Source: Velocimicrobium sp.
Lineage (GTDB): Bacteria > Bacillota > Clostridia > Lachnospirales > Lachnospiraceae
Assembly: GCA_041821315.1 (NCBI GenBank)
Contig: JBGUEO010000014.1
Location: 7,888 to 31,887, forward strand
Direction of reading: 5' to 3'
DNA length: 24,000 bases
The notes beneath the pieces were generated by a model. It had not been told where the DNA came from and did not search any database. It was given only the letters and a program-made list of their open reading frames with translations. Shown in pieces: positions 1 to 8,740 of the stretch. The position numbers were made by a program, and so were the translations under genes. The number at the start of each line of letters is the position of its first letter. The stretch's first letter is position 1.

Positions 1-177
1 ATTGACTCATTAGTTGAACATGTTGTTAAAGGGGCAGATGAAGATAATTCACAGGCACGTTTAATGCGTTACTTTGAAAACTTAAATGAATTAGACCGCG
101 ACAAGTGTATTACAATTGTACAAACACTTTTAGAAGATCGCGAAATGAGTCAGCATAAAAAGAGTCGAAAGTTATAA
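1..177 (+). CDS. 3' end of an unidentified protein-coding gene (5' end outside window)
   Basis: Frame 1 is open from base 1 to TAA at 175-177 (...RLMRYFENLNELDRDKCITIVQTLLEDREMSQHKKSRKL*). A perfect-stem terminator follows 60 nt later. No family recognisable by eye. Confidence 0.45.
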   Translation: MDSLVEHVVKGADEDNSQARLMRYFENLNELDRDKCITIVQTLLEDREMSQHKKSRKL

Positions 178-236
178 TCTAAGGTGTACCAATTTTAAGT
201 TTCGCTAACTGTTTCAACTTATTTTTTGAAGCCGCA

Positions 237-278
237 AATAACAAAAATCGAGTGACAAATCACTCGATTTTTGTTATT
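237..278. terminator. Bidirectional intrinsic terminator between convergent genes
   Basis: Perfect 19-bp stem AATAACAAAAATCGAGTGA (237-255) / TCACTCGATTTTTGTTATT (260-278) with loop CAAA. The A/T runs at the stem ends give a U-tract on either strand. It lies between the + gene ending at 177 and the - gene ending at 294. Confidence 0.7.
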
Positions 279-293
279 CATTCTAATGTCTAC

Positions 294-1226
294 TTATTTT
301 GATTTTACATAAGGTTTACCATTTGCAGCAGGAACTCTTGCTTTCCCAACAAAGAGAATCAATGCAATAATTGTAACAACATAAGGAATCATAGAGATTA
401 AGTTAGGAGATATCACATTTCCCGAACCCAAAAGTACTTTTAATCCACTACAAAATCCAAATAGTAGACAAGCATACATCGCTCCTTGTGGTCTGAATTT
501 TCCAAAGATTACGGCGGCAATTGCAATAAACCCTTGACCTACAATAACAATTGGCTTAAACTGATTTACCGTTGCTAACGTAACATATGCACCACCAAGT
601 CCAGCTAAAAATCCAGATAAAACAACACTGATATAACGAACACGGAATACATTAATCCCTAACGTATCACATGCGGTTGGATGCTCTCCAACTGCGCGGA
701 GTCTCATACCAAATCTTGTTTTATAGAAAACAAACCACACTACAAATACAAGTGCAAAAACTAAATAGGCAACCGAATATACATTTAATACGTTCTTCCA
801 AAATGTACCCGCTTTGAAGACACCATCAAATAGCTTTGGTAATTTCCAAGTACTATCAATTGCCGGTGTGTCCGATGAATTAAATAACATCTTTGCTAAG
901 AAAACAGCAATACCTGGTGCTAAGAAGTTAATTGCAGTACCAGAAATTGTTTGATCGGCTCCCAATGATACACATGCTATTGCATGAAGCAATCCAAATA
1001 AAGCCCCAGCTAAGCCTCCACATAGAAAAGCAAACCATCCATTGTGTGAATAATATGCAACGACTGCCCCAGTAAAAGCACCAATTGTCATCATACCTTC
1101 AATACCAATGTTAATTACACCACTTCGCTCCGAAAAACATGACCCCAATGCTGCAAATAAAAGCGGAGGTGTTGCAATTAAAGTTGCATTAATAATTAAT
1201 CCTAAGTTACTGATTATAGCATCCAT
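294..1226 (-). CDS. ABC transporter permease, BMP/nucleoside uptake type (NupQ/YufQ-like)
   Basis: 310-aa polytopic hydrophobic protein. It is the last gene of a lipoprotein-ATPase-permease-permease operon and starts 3 nt after the upstream permease stop. Confidence 0.85.
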   Translation of the reverse strand: MDAIISNLGLIINATLIATPPLLFAALGSCFSERSGVINIGIEGMMTIGAFTGAVVAYYSHNGWFAFLCGGLAGALFGLLHAIACVSLGADQTISGTAINFLAPGIAVFLAKMLFNSSDTPAIDSTWKLPKLFDGVFKAGTFWKNVLNVYSVAYLVFALVFVVWFVFYKTRFGMRLRAVGEHPTACDTLGINVFRVRYISVVLSGFLAGLGGAYVTLATVNQFKPIVIVGQGFIAIAAVIFGKFRPQGAMYACLLFGFCSGLKVLLGSGNVISPNLISMIPYVVTIIALILFVGKARVPAANGKPYVKSK

Positions 1227-1228
1227 GA

Positions 1229-2296
1229 TTATTTAACCTCCTTTTTTAAGCTTTTTTTAGCAAACAATCCTTTGAATACATGAGAAATTGCAATAAAGAA
1301 TACAATACAACCCATGATAATTTCTACAATTTCCGATGGTGCGCCAATAAGATTTAATTTCGACCCACCATATTTCATAGCTCCATAGAATAAACCTGCA
1401 AAGATACAGCCGATTGGATTCGATCCTCCAATCAATGCCACTGTAATTCCCTGGAATCCATATCCTTCTTGCGCAGAAAATTGGCTGATTCTCATCGACA
1501 TTCCCATAAGCTGCATAGCACCACCAAGTCCTGCCAGTGCACCTGAAATAGCCATAGCCATCATCACCGCACGATTTGCACTAATTCCACCATACTCTGC
1601 TGCATTTTTATTAAATCCAACTGCCCGCAATTGATATCCAAGCGTTGTTTTGTTTATAATAAAATAAATAAGCGCTGCTGCAAGAATTGCAATAAATATT
1701 CCCCAGTTAACATTTGGACCAAATACTTTGGAATCCAAAAAAGGAAGTGTGATTTTTGCAGAATCAAGAACATCTTTTGTTGCTTCTCCGCCACCTTCTT
1801 TGTGAATAATCGCAAAGTTCATCATATAATTGGATAAATAAAATGCTATCCAGTTAAACATAATCATAGATAAAACTTCATTAATTCCCCATTTTACTTT
1901 TAAATAAGCAACAATAATTCCCCAAATTGCTCCTGCTGCCATTGCAACAAGAAAACACAAAAGGATATGAAGTGGTTTTGGAATATCCACCAAAATACCT
2001 ACTATACAAGCGGCTATACTTCCGACAACAAACTGTCCTTCTGCACCAATATTAAATACGCCCGTACGGAATGAAAATGCAACCGATAATCCAGTAAATA
2101 TTAGCGGTGTTGCATATACGACAGACCAAATCATGAATTTAGGTCTGCTAAATACTCCAGAAAACAAACTCTTATACGCTTGGATCGGGCTAATTTTGGC
2201 AATCATTAACATAATTGCTCCAACAGCGAAGCCAATGACAATCGCGAGAAGTGTAAAAAATATAGTACTGTCACGCAACGATTTCTTCTTATTCAT
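1229..2296 (-). CDS. ABC transporter permease, BMP/nucleoside uptake type (NupP/YufP-like)
   Basis: 355-aa polytopic membrane protein. Its start overlaps the ATPase gene end by 8 nt. The operon context matches B. subtilis nupNOPQ gene order. Confidence 0.85.
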   Translation of the reverse strand: MNKKKSLRDSTIFFTLLAIVIGFAVGAIMLMIAKISPIQAYKSLFSGVFSRPKFMIWSVVYATPLIFTGLSVAFSFRTGVFNIGAEGQFVVGSIAACIVGILVDIPKPLHILLCFLVAMAAGAIWGIIVAYLKVKWGINEVLSMIMFNWIAFYLSNYMMNFAIIHKEGGGEATKDVLDSAKITLPFLDSKVFGPNVNWGIFIAILAAALIYFIINKTTLGYQLRAVGFNKNAAEYGGISANRAVMMAMAISGALAGLGGAMQLMGMSMRISQFSAQEGYGFQGITVALIGGSNPIGCIFAGLFYGAMKYGGSKLNLIGAPSEIVEIIMGCIVFFIAISHVFKGLFAKKSLKKEVK

Positions 2297-3836
2297 TTTT
2301 TACACCTCCGCCTGCCATCAATAGTCCTAATGTATTTTCATCTGCTTCTTTACCGTTTACTTCTCCAACGATTTTTCCATCATAGATTACATTGATACGA
2401 TCTGATAAGCTCATAATTTCATCCAATTCAAACGATACTAAAAGCACTGCTTTGTTCTTATTTCTTTGATCTACAATATACTTGTGTACGAACTCAATTG
2501 CACCAACATCTAAACCACGCGTAGGGTTTACTGCAATTAACAAATCTTTATCATTTGTTACCTCACGGGCAATAATAACCTTTTGCTGGTTACCACCAGA
2601 GAGCTGCCCTGCAAATTTATTTTCACAATCATTGGGGCGAACATCAAATTTCTCAATTAACTTATTTGTAAATTCAGAAATAGCACCCTTTTTTAAAACT
2701 CCATTTTTTGAAAATTCTGGTTCTCCAAAATTTTGGAGAATCATATTTTCTGCAACTGTAAAATCTAATATAAGACCATGTTTTTGCCTGTCTTCTGGAA
2801 TACTCGATACCCCTTTTTTAAACACTGTGCGAGGAGATGCATTAAAAATATCTTCGCCGTTGATCATAACTTGACCTGAATCTGCCTTTTTTAGACCAGT
2901 CAGCATTTCAACAAGTTCAGATTGCCCATTTCCATCGATTCCAGCAATTCCAACAATTTCTCCTTTTCGAACATGGATATTGAAGCCCTTTAAAATTTCA
3001 ATGCCACGATAATCTTTTCCATGGAGATCATTCACCACAAGAACATTTTCTCCTGGCTTCAACTCTTTCTTATCAACAACAAATTCCACATTACGTCCAA
3101 CCATCATAGAAGCTAATTCATTTTCATTTACATCATCTACATCAACCGTATCTATATATTTCCCCCTGCGAATGATTGTACAAAAATCCGCTGAGGCTTT
3201 GATCTCTTTTAGCTTATGAGTAATTAGTATTACAGTCTTACCATCTCTTGTTAAGTTTCCAATAATTTCAATTAGCTCTTCAATCTCTTGTGGCGTTAAA
3301 GAAGCTGTCGGCTCGTCTAGAATAAGAATATCCGCACCACGATAAAGTACCTTAAGAATTTCTACTCTCTGTTGCATACCTACCGAAATATCTTCTACTT
3401 TTGCATCTACGTCAACTTGCAAATTGTAACGCTCGGAGATTGCCTTTACCTCTTCCCGCGCTTTTTTCAAATCTACAGTAAGGCCTTTTTTGGGTTCCAT
3501 ACCAAGGATAATATTTTCAGTTACTGAAAATGGTTGTACTAACATAAAATGTTGATGTACCATACCAATCCCTAGCTCAATTGCCAATTTAGGCGAATCA
3601 ATTTCTACTTTTTTTCCCCCTACCAAAATATCCCCTGAAGTTGGACGATATAAACCATACAATACATTCATTAATGTACTTTTTCCAGCACCATTTTCAC
3701 CTAAAATAGCATGTACTTCCCCTTTATGTACGGTTAAGTTAACGCCGTCGTTAGCAACAAAAGTACCAAATTTCTTTACAATGTCTTTCATTTGGATCAC
3801 AACTGTATCCATGTCAACATTTCTCTGCTTTTCCAA
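2289..3836 (-). CDS. ABC transporter ATP-binding protein with two fused cassettes (NupO/YufO-like)
   Basis: Cassette 1 has Walker A GENGAGKST, signature-like SVGMQQRVE and Walker B ILILDEPT. Cassette 2 has GIDGNGQSE, LSGGNQQKV and LLIAVNPTRGLD. Start placed at TTG 3836, 7 nt after AGGAGG (3843-3850 region). The alternative ATG at 3812 has no SD. The 544-aa track ORF (to 3923) is an in-frame non-coding extension. Confidence 0.85.
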   Translation of the reverse strand: MEKQRNVDMDTVVIQMKDIVKKFGTFVANDGVNLTVHKGEVHAILGENGAGKSTLMNVLYGLYRPTSGDILVGGKKVEIDSPKLAIELGIGMVHQHFMLVQPFSVTENIILGMEPKKGLTVDLKKAREEVKAISERYNLQVDVDAKVEDISVGMQQRVEILKVLYRGADILILDEPTASLTPQEIEELIEIIGNLTRDGKTVILITHKLKEIKASADFCTIIRRGKYIDTVDVDDVNENELASMMVGRNVEFVVDKKELKPGENVLVVNDLHGKDYRGIEILKGFNIHVRKGEIVGIAGIDGNGQSELVEMLTGLKKADSGQVMINGEDIFNASPRTVFKKGVSSIPEDRQKHGLILDFTVAENMILQNFGEPEFSKNGVLKKGAISEFTNKLIEKFDVRPNDCENKFAGQLSGGNQQKVIIAREVTNDKDLLIAVNPTRGLDVGAIEFVHKYIVDQRNKNKAVLLVSFELDEIMSLSDRINVIYDGKIVGEVNGKEADENTLGLLMAGGGVKNE

Positions 3837-4140
3837 AGGTTCTCCTCCTTTTGTTATTATATAATTATTATATCTGCAAATCCATAGGATTCTAGATACT
3901 CCTTTAAAGACTCCCTCTATCATTTGTAATCGTTTTTTTCAAACTCATAGATTCTGTTACTGTCAAATACTTTCGACAAGCCTTCTAGAAGATCTAAACC
4001 TTCGAGCAGTGAATCTGCTTTTTACGACATTGCAGCTATTTTCTCGTGTTATTCACTCATCCCATCGTAATATTACGAATACCTTCTTTTATTTGATTAA
4101 GTAATTTTTCTCATGTTGGAAGCTCCAACATAAGAAAAAC

Positions 4141-4200
4141 CACTCAAAAATGGGAGGACGTCTCGAATCCGTTATATATCCATGTTTTCGAAACATCCTC
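4141..4200 (-). terminator. Putative intrinsic terminator/attenuator after the lipoprotein gene
   Basis: 14-bp stem 4154-4167 / 4187-4200. The two imperfect positions are G-U wobbles only in the minus-strand RNA. It is followed on that strand by CCAUUUUUG (A-run 4146-4150 on +). Confidence 0.45.
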
Positions 4201-4234
4201 ACCTACTTTTATTACATTACGTTCTTCCTAACAA

Positions 4235-5347
4235 TTAGTCTAATTCGTATGCATCGCCATATTTAGCTTCAAACTCATCTTTTGTTGCAGGAACTACGAT
4301 TTCACCAGCAATAACCTTATCTTTTGCTTCATTAACTGCGGTAAGTACTTCTGGAGATAAAAGATCTGTTGTAGGAGCGATATCTACACCACCGATTGTT
4401 AAATCATAAGTCTTAACACCAGCTGTAACCGTTCCATCAATCATTTCCTGAGCCATATCATAACAAGCATTATCAACTCTCTTCATTGCTGAAGTAATAA
4501 CTGTTTCAGGAGCTAATACGCTCTGATCACTATCAACACCAATTGCTTTAACTCCGTTTTCTTTACATCCTTCAATTACACCAATACCTGTACCGCCAGC
4601 AGCATGGAAGATAACATCTGCACCATTTGTAATCATCGATGTAGCAGCAGATTTACCACCAGCTGTATCACCAAAGCTATTTGCATTGTATTGAAGAATT
4701 TTAGCTTTTGGATTTGCATCAAGAACCCCTGCAAGATAGCCATAACCAAATTTGTTCATTGTTTCACTTGCCATACCAAGTACAAAACCTACTGTATTGC
4801 TTTCTGTTGTCAATCCAGCAACAAGTCCTACTAAATAAGAAGCTTGTTCTTGAGCAAACATTAAGCATGTTACATTTGGTAAATCGATAGAAGCATCATC
4901 GATAATAGCAAACTTCTGATCTGTATAAGATTCAGCTGCTGCTTTTGTGGCATCTGCTAACATATATCCAACACAGATAATCAAATCACAATCATCATCA
5001 ACAAGTGTTTCGATGTTTGGAGTATAATCTGCATCTGTTTTTGATTCCAAATATTTTGCTTCGATTCCAAGTTCAACCTGTGCTTTTTGAAGTCCTTCCC
5101 ATGATGACTGGTTAAAAGAACCATCGTTTACACCACCAACGTCAGTAACCATACCAATTTTAATATCAGCTGGATTTACTGCATTTGCATCCTCAGCAGG
5201 TGCTTCCGTTTCTTCAGCAGGTGCTGCTGTTTCTTCAGTAGTAGCTGCCCCATTGGATTCTTCTGTTGTATCTTTAGATCCACATGCTACTAATGATGAC
5301 ATTGCCAATACGGCTGCCATGGTGAGTGCTAAAACTCTTTTTTTCAT
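4235..5347 (-). CDS. BMP-family ABC substrate-binding lipoprotein (NupN/PnrA/Med-like, nucleoside binding)
   Basis: Signal peptide with lipobox MKKRVLALTMAAVLAMSSLVAC|GS. Ala/Glu/Thr/Pro-rich linker. Hallmark GMVTDVGGVNDGSFNQSSWEGL. AAAGGAGGA SD upstream. Confidence 0.9.
   Translation of the reverse strand: MKKRVLALTMAAVLAMSSLVACGSKDTTEESNGAATTEETAAPAEETEAPAEDANAVNPADIKIGMVTDVGGVNDGSFNQSSWEGLQKAQVELGIEAKYLESKTDADYTPNIETLVDDDCDLIICVGYMLADATKAAAESYTDQKFAIIDDASIDLPNVTCLMFAQEQASYLVGLVAGLTTESNTVGFVLGMASETMNKFGYGYLAGVLDANPKAKILQYNANSFGDTAGGKSAATSMITNGADVIFHAAGGTGIGVIEGCKENGVKAIGVDSDQSVLAPETVITSAMKRVDNACYDMAQEMIDGTVTAGVKTYDLTIGGVDIAPTTDLLSPEVLTAVNEAKDKVIAGEIVVPATKDEFEAKYGDAYELD
5191..5253. repeat. 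Imperfect 21-nt tandem repeat (about 3 units) inside the lipoprotein linker
   Basis: Units at 5191-5211, 5212-5232 (18/21 identical) and a more diverged 5233-5253. They encode the repeated E-E-T-x-A-P-A linker after the lipobox. Confidence 0.6.
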
Positions 5348-5404
5348 AATTAATTTCCTCCTTTTATTTGCTTTGCCCTATTCTCTGAATAGGAAGTAGT
5401 TATG

Positions 5405-5433
5405 ATAATAGCACAAACTGTTGAAAAAAACAA
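5405..5433 (-). promoter_or_regulatory. Candidate sigma-A promoter for the nucleoside ABC operon
   Basis: On the minus strand: TTGTTT (5433-5428), 17-nt spacer, then TGcTATTAT extended -10 (TATTAT = 5410-5405). It lies about 55 nt upstream of the lipoprotein start. Sequence-only prediction. Confidence 0.35.
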
Positions 5434-5513
5434 TACCTCGTGTCCTGTTTTTAGTGCATTTTACATGATTTTGAAACTTTTTTAACCACACGATATAAAA
5501 ACGAAATGCTTAC

Positions 5514-8072
5514 TCAATTCATGTAACTTATATAGATATTTCCCGCATTTTCAAACATTGTTTTTGCTTTTGAAAGTCCAATTGTTGTACTTCCTGCCAT
5601 TGGATCAAAGTAACTAACACTTGATTCATCATAACCTGTAATTACAATGGCATTGTTATCGTTTTTCATAGCAATAACAAGACTTCCATTACTTACCATA
5701 TACAAAACCTCATCTAAGGTACATCCCGTTAAATTAATCGGATCCTCCAATGATTTTTCCAACGTATCATAAATCGATGTTTTTCCTCTTGAAAGTTCGT
5801 TTGCCTTGGCTGATATTTGATTATGTTGTAAGACCATGTAAAGACAGGCTCCCACGCTATCCACTCCGTCTCCCGTCATCGTTTCTTTTATCTGCCCGAT
5901 TGTTTTACGATTGAATTTTCCACTTCGTTCAAATACCAAACGATTCTCCCAATTTACCACGATTCCCATCTGTTCATCAGCAAGTATAATAGCATCCGAA
6001 GCCTCAGAAAAAGCACCTTCAATTCCTCCAAATGCATATACATAGTATTTTTCATTGATTATTTTTTCTTGCGGTAGATGCAGTGTTGTATCTTCTGACA
6101 AAATTGCATTTAGTGTTGTCTTCACTTTTGGCTTTTTTTCCATTACAAATCCATCTGGCAGTGAAAGATACGCTTCCGTAAGCATAAGTTTTGGTGCTCT
6201 TGTTTTCACACTAATAATTGGTGTTTGTAGCTCTCCTTGTGTCAAAATACTATCATCGGAAATATTTGCATAGGTACCATCCACTTTTTTTACCCGGTAT
6301 AGCTTAATAATGTTTCCGCTCATTTCAGAGTCGACGATATATGCATTTTTTTGCTGATAGGTCTTTACTATATTGCCTTTCATGTCAGTTATCTCAATGT
6401 TATATGCAGGTGTATATACTTTTCCTTCTGTTGTCTCTTTTATATCATCTTCTTTTACATAACCAAAAATAACGTTAGATGCAATGCTGCCAAAAATACG
6501 AACAATTTCTCCTTCTTTTGCCGAAATTTTTTTCTGTTTTTCCGTTTCTAAATCCATAATGTGAAGCGTCTTTGCATCATCTTTATCAATCCACGCAATC
6601 CCATGACTTTCTTTCATAACGGTAAAGCTATTCTTATTGGCAGAATTAACTATGGTTTTTAACTTTTTAGATGAAATATTATAGGAATATACACAATCCT
6701 GTATTGTGAAGTAAAATACTCCTTTTTGACTGACATAGCTAAAATCGCTCATATCTTCTTTTAACATCTGATATGTTGTTTCTAGTGGAATATATACCAA
6801 CTCTTTAATACGATTGGTATCCGCACTGTAATGATACAAAACAAGTGCGACCTTTCCTTCATAGTCTCCTCGATTCATATATCCATATACTATAAAATCC
6901 ATATTCCCGCCATCATCCATACTAAGTATTTGAATATCATGCTGGTCGTAATCATCTCGAAGATAGTCCTCCCCTTGATTACGAAATGAAAATACTCGAA
7001 TTGCCCTATTTTCCGGCAAATTGTAATACCATAATTCTCCACCATGAACAAATGAGACTTTACCATTTTCTGCACTTGTTATAATCTGCATATTCTTTTC
7101 ATTTGTAACACCAATTTTAAATTCACTCTTTGCAAGACTTGTTAGATCAATGTCAAATAACGATTCCATTGTTCTTTCATAATTTAACAAATAAATTCGG
7201 TTCGCCGTATAACGAATGCGATAAAATTCTTTTACATCATAAACTTCCGTTCCAGAATCATTTTTCAGCTGCACAAAATATTCTAGCTGAATGGAAGCAA
7301 TCTCAACGTTAAATTCTTTGATTGTTGGCACTATTTCTGTTAACACTTTTGGTTGAAGCTCTCCCCAAGAGAACATATCAAAACTCGAATGAATGGTTAC
7401 TTTAGCAAAATCATTATCCGCTTCGGAACCATCACTCTCCAAATACATAGTAAGATCTTTCGCCTTTTCTTTGTCTAAACTCTTTTCATGAAATTCCTCA
7501 ACAAAATCCATCTTTTTTTGCAAATAATCGTCCGTCTCATAATATTTAATTCTTGTGTAATAATTTATCTTTCGGCTTTCATCTGTAATAACTGTGATTT
7601 TCATTGCATACTCGGTACTTGTCTCGAGTGTGGCTTCTAGTTTTATCCGCGTTGATTTTCCATTATCCGTAACATCCAATGCACTAATTGTACCAGAATC
7701 TAAAAGCTCATTGTTCTTCAATGTACGAATTTCATATTTTATCTTTTTAATAACCGTTTCATTCTCTGCAAATTCAACCGTCATCTCTTTTTCTTGATTG
7801 ATTGGTGTAATCGCCTCACGAATTACATTTGCATCTATATTACTACTGTATCCATGCAAGCGGTTTAAGGTATAGCCATCCACCACTACATACATCAACG
7901 GAAAGGTTGCATCCTCCATTTCAACCGTTTTTTCTAATGTAATCTGTTCTTCTTTTATATTTTTACTCATAAAAAACAAAGCTAAAATAAAAATTGTAAA
8001 TAATATAACTGTTTTATAAATATGTTTTTGCATTCCCTCACATATGCTCCTATCTTTTTTCAACATATACAT
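5514..8072 (-). CDS. Large membrane-anchored protein of unknown function
   Basis: 852-aa uninterrupted ORF with one N-terminal hydrophobic anchor (TVILFTIFILALFF). The body is beta-rich and looks extracytoplasmic. The C-terminal ~120 aa faintly resemble a papain-fold C39-like domain. Start uncertain (ATG 8072, or ATG 8033 = MQKHIYK...). Confidence 0.75.
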   Translation of the reverse strand: MYMLKKDRSICEGMQKHIYKTVILFTIFILALFFMSKNIKEEQITLEKTVEMEDATFPLMYVVVDGYTLNRLHGYSSNIDANVIREAITPINQEKEMTVEFAENETVIKKIKYEIRTLKNNELLDSGTISALDVTDNGKSTRIKLEATLETSTEYAMKITVITDESRKINYYTRIKYYETDDYLQKKMDFVEEFHEKSLDKEKAKDLTMYLESDGSEADNDFAKVTIHSSFDMFSWGELQPKVLTEIVPTIKEFNVEIASIQLEYFVQLKNDSGTEVYDVKEFYRIRYTANRIYLLNYERTMESLFDIDLTSLAKSEFKIGVTNEKNMQIITSAENGKVSFVHGGELWYYNLPENRAIRVFSFRNQGEDYLRDDYDQHDIQILSMDDGGNMDFIVYGYMNRGDYEGKVALVLYHYSADTNRIKELVYIPLETTYQMLKEDMSDFSYVSQKGVFYFTIQDCVYSYNISSKKLKTIVNSANKNSFTVMKESHGIAWIDKDDAKTLHIMDLETEKQKKISAKEGEIVRIFGSIASNVIFGYVKEDDIKETTEGKVYTPAYNIEITDMKGNIVKTYQQKNAYIVDSEMSGNIIKLYRVKKVDGTYANISDDSILTQGELQTPIISVKTRAPKLMLTEAYLSLPDGFVMEKKPKVKTTLNAILSEDTTLHLPQEKIINEKYYVYAFGGIEGAFSEASDAIILADEQMGIVVNWENRLVFERSGKFNRKTIGQIKETMTGDGVDSVGACLYMVLQHNQISAKANELSRGKTSIYDTLEKSLEDPINLTGCTLDEVLYMVSNGSLVIAMKNDNNAIVITGYDESSVSYFDPMAGSTTIGLSKAKTMFENAGNIYISYMN

Positions 8073-8230
8073 TCCAATGAAAAGAAGGCTGTTATAAATT
8101 TTGAAGATTCTTTATCCACCGTAATCTCTTCCTATTTTAGTATTGTAACATAGGCAATCCATAGAAATAAAGTGTCATTTATGTTTTTCTTTCATATATT
8201 AATTATAAATGAATCATTATGGGAGTTTTT

Positions 8231-8740
8231 ATGAGAAATGATGACATACCAAACTATCCGTTCTATGGATATGATAATGCAGAAGAACTAGACCGGGACG
8301 TAGACTATATAAAAGGAATCTATCCCCAAACGGTTCGCAAGTTATTAAAAGAAATTGAAGTTGAATGTGACAAATTAGAGTATGATGGAAGCGTTATGTT
8401 TGATCAAATACCAGATACCGTTTCGCTCGGTAAACTAGTTGATACCATCTATGTTCGTGTCGCAGACCAGACATTTGCTCCGCTTAAAACAGAGTGTATT
8501 CGTCCTCCTTACCATCCTTGCTCCGGAAGAAATTGTTCACCTCCTCCTTATCCTCCTTACCCTTACCCTCCTCATCCTTGTGGTCCAAACCGCCCTTGTC
8601 CTCCGGTTCCTAGACCACCTAGACCGGATTATGATAACAATGGAAGCCCGGATTGGATGAGAAACCTCATTTCCGTTCTTTTATATAATGAGATGATTCA
8701 CCGCAGAAGACGATATCGCAGCAGAAAACAGTGGATTTAG
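8231..8740 (+). CDS. Pro/Cys-rich protein of unknown function with conserved-looking N- and C-terminal segments
   Basis: ORF open from 8219. ATG 8231 follows GGGAG by 5 nt. The central stretch RPPYHPCSGRNCSPPPYPPYPYPPHPCGPNRPCPPVPRPPRP is flanked by YPQTVRKLLKEIEVECDKLEYDGSVMFDQIPD and a basic tail LLYNEMIHRRRRYRSRKQWI. I have seen this N/C-terminal pattern in hypothetical proteins of Clostridia (recollection, not searched). Confidence 0.65.
   Translation: MRNDDIPNYPFYGYDNAEELDRDVDYIKGIYPQTVRKLLKEIEVECDKLEYDGSVMFDQIPDTVSLGKLVDTIYVRVADQTFAPLKTECIRPPYHPCSGRNCSPPPYPPYPYPPHPCGPNRPCPPVPRPPRPDYDNNGSPDWMRNLISVLLYNEMIHRRRRYRSRKQWI

Noticed and set aside
2482-2874. 130-aa antisense ORF inside the ATPase gene. 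Similar plus-strand ORFs lie opposite minus-strand genes (1631-1837, 2133-2324, 4604-4890, 6055-6551, 7130-7797, 9862-10758, 10932-11162, 11745-12126, 12927-14447, 15171-15497, 16608-16868, 17430-17696, 18538-18762, 21306-22085, 22407-22625, 23287-23577)
   Set aside because: They are shadow ORFs of strongly supported genes on the opposite strand. They have low-complexity or odd composition, no SDs and no recognisable motifs.
3837-3923. In-frame 29-codon N-terminal extension of the ABC ATPase ORF (track start MIEGVFKGVSRILWICRYNNYIITKGGEP)
   Set aside because: No SD before ATG 3923. The extension runs straight through the AGGAGG that serves the TTG at 3836, and it is not part of any ABC ATPase pattern, so it is chance openness of the frame.
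6890-7075. 61-aa same-strand, alternate-frame ORF within the 852-aa gene
   Set aside because: It is fully nested in a much longer ORF on the same strand, with no SD and no independent evidence.
8439-8660. 73-aa alternate-frame ORF overlapping the Pro-rich segment
   Set aside because: It is a by-product of the CCT/CCN-rich repeat, which lacks stop codons in several frames. It has no SD, and the main frame has conserved-looking flanks.
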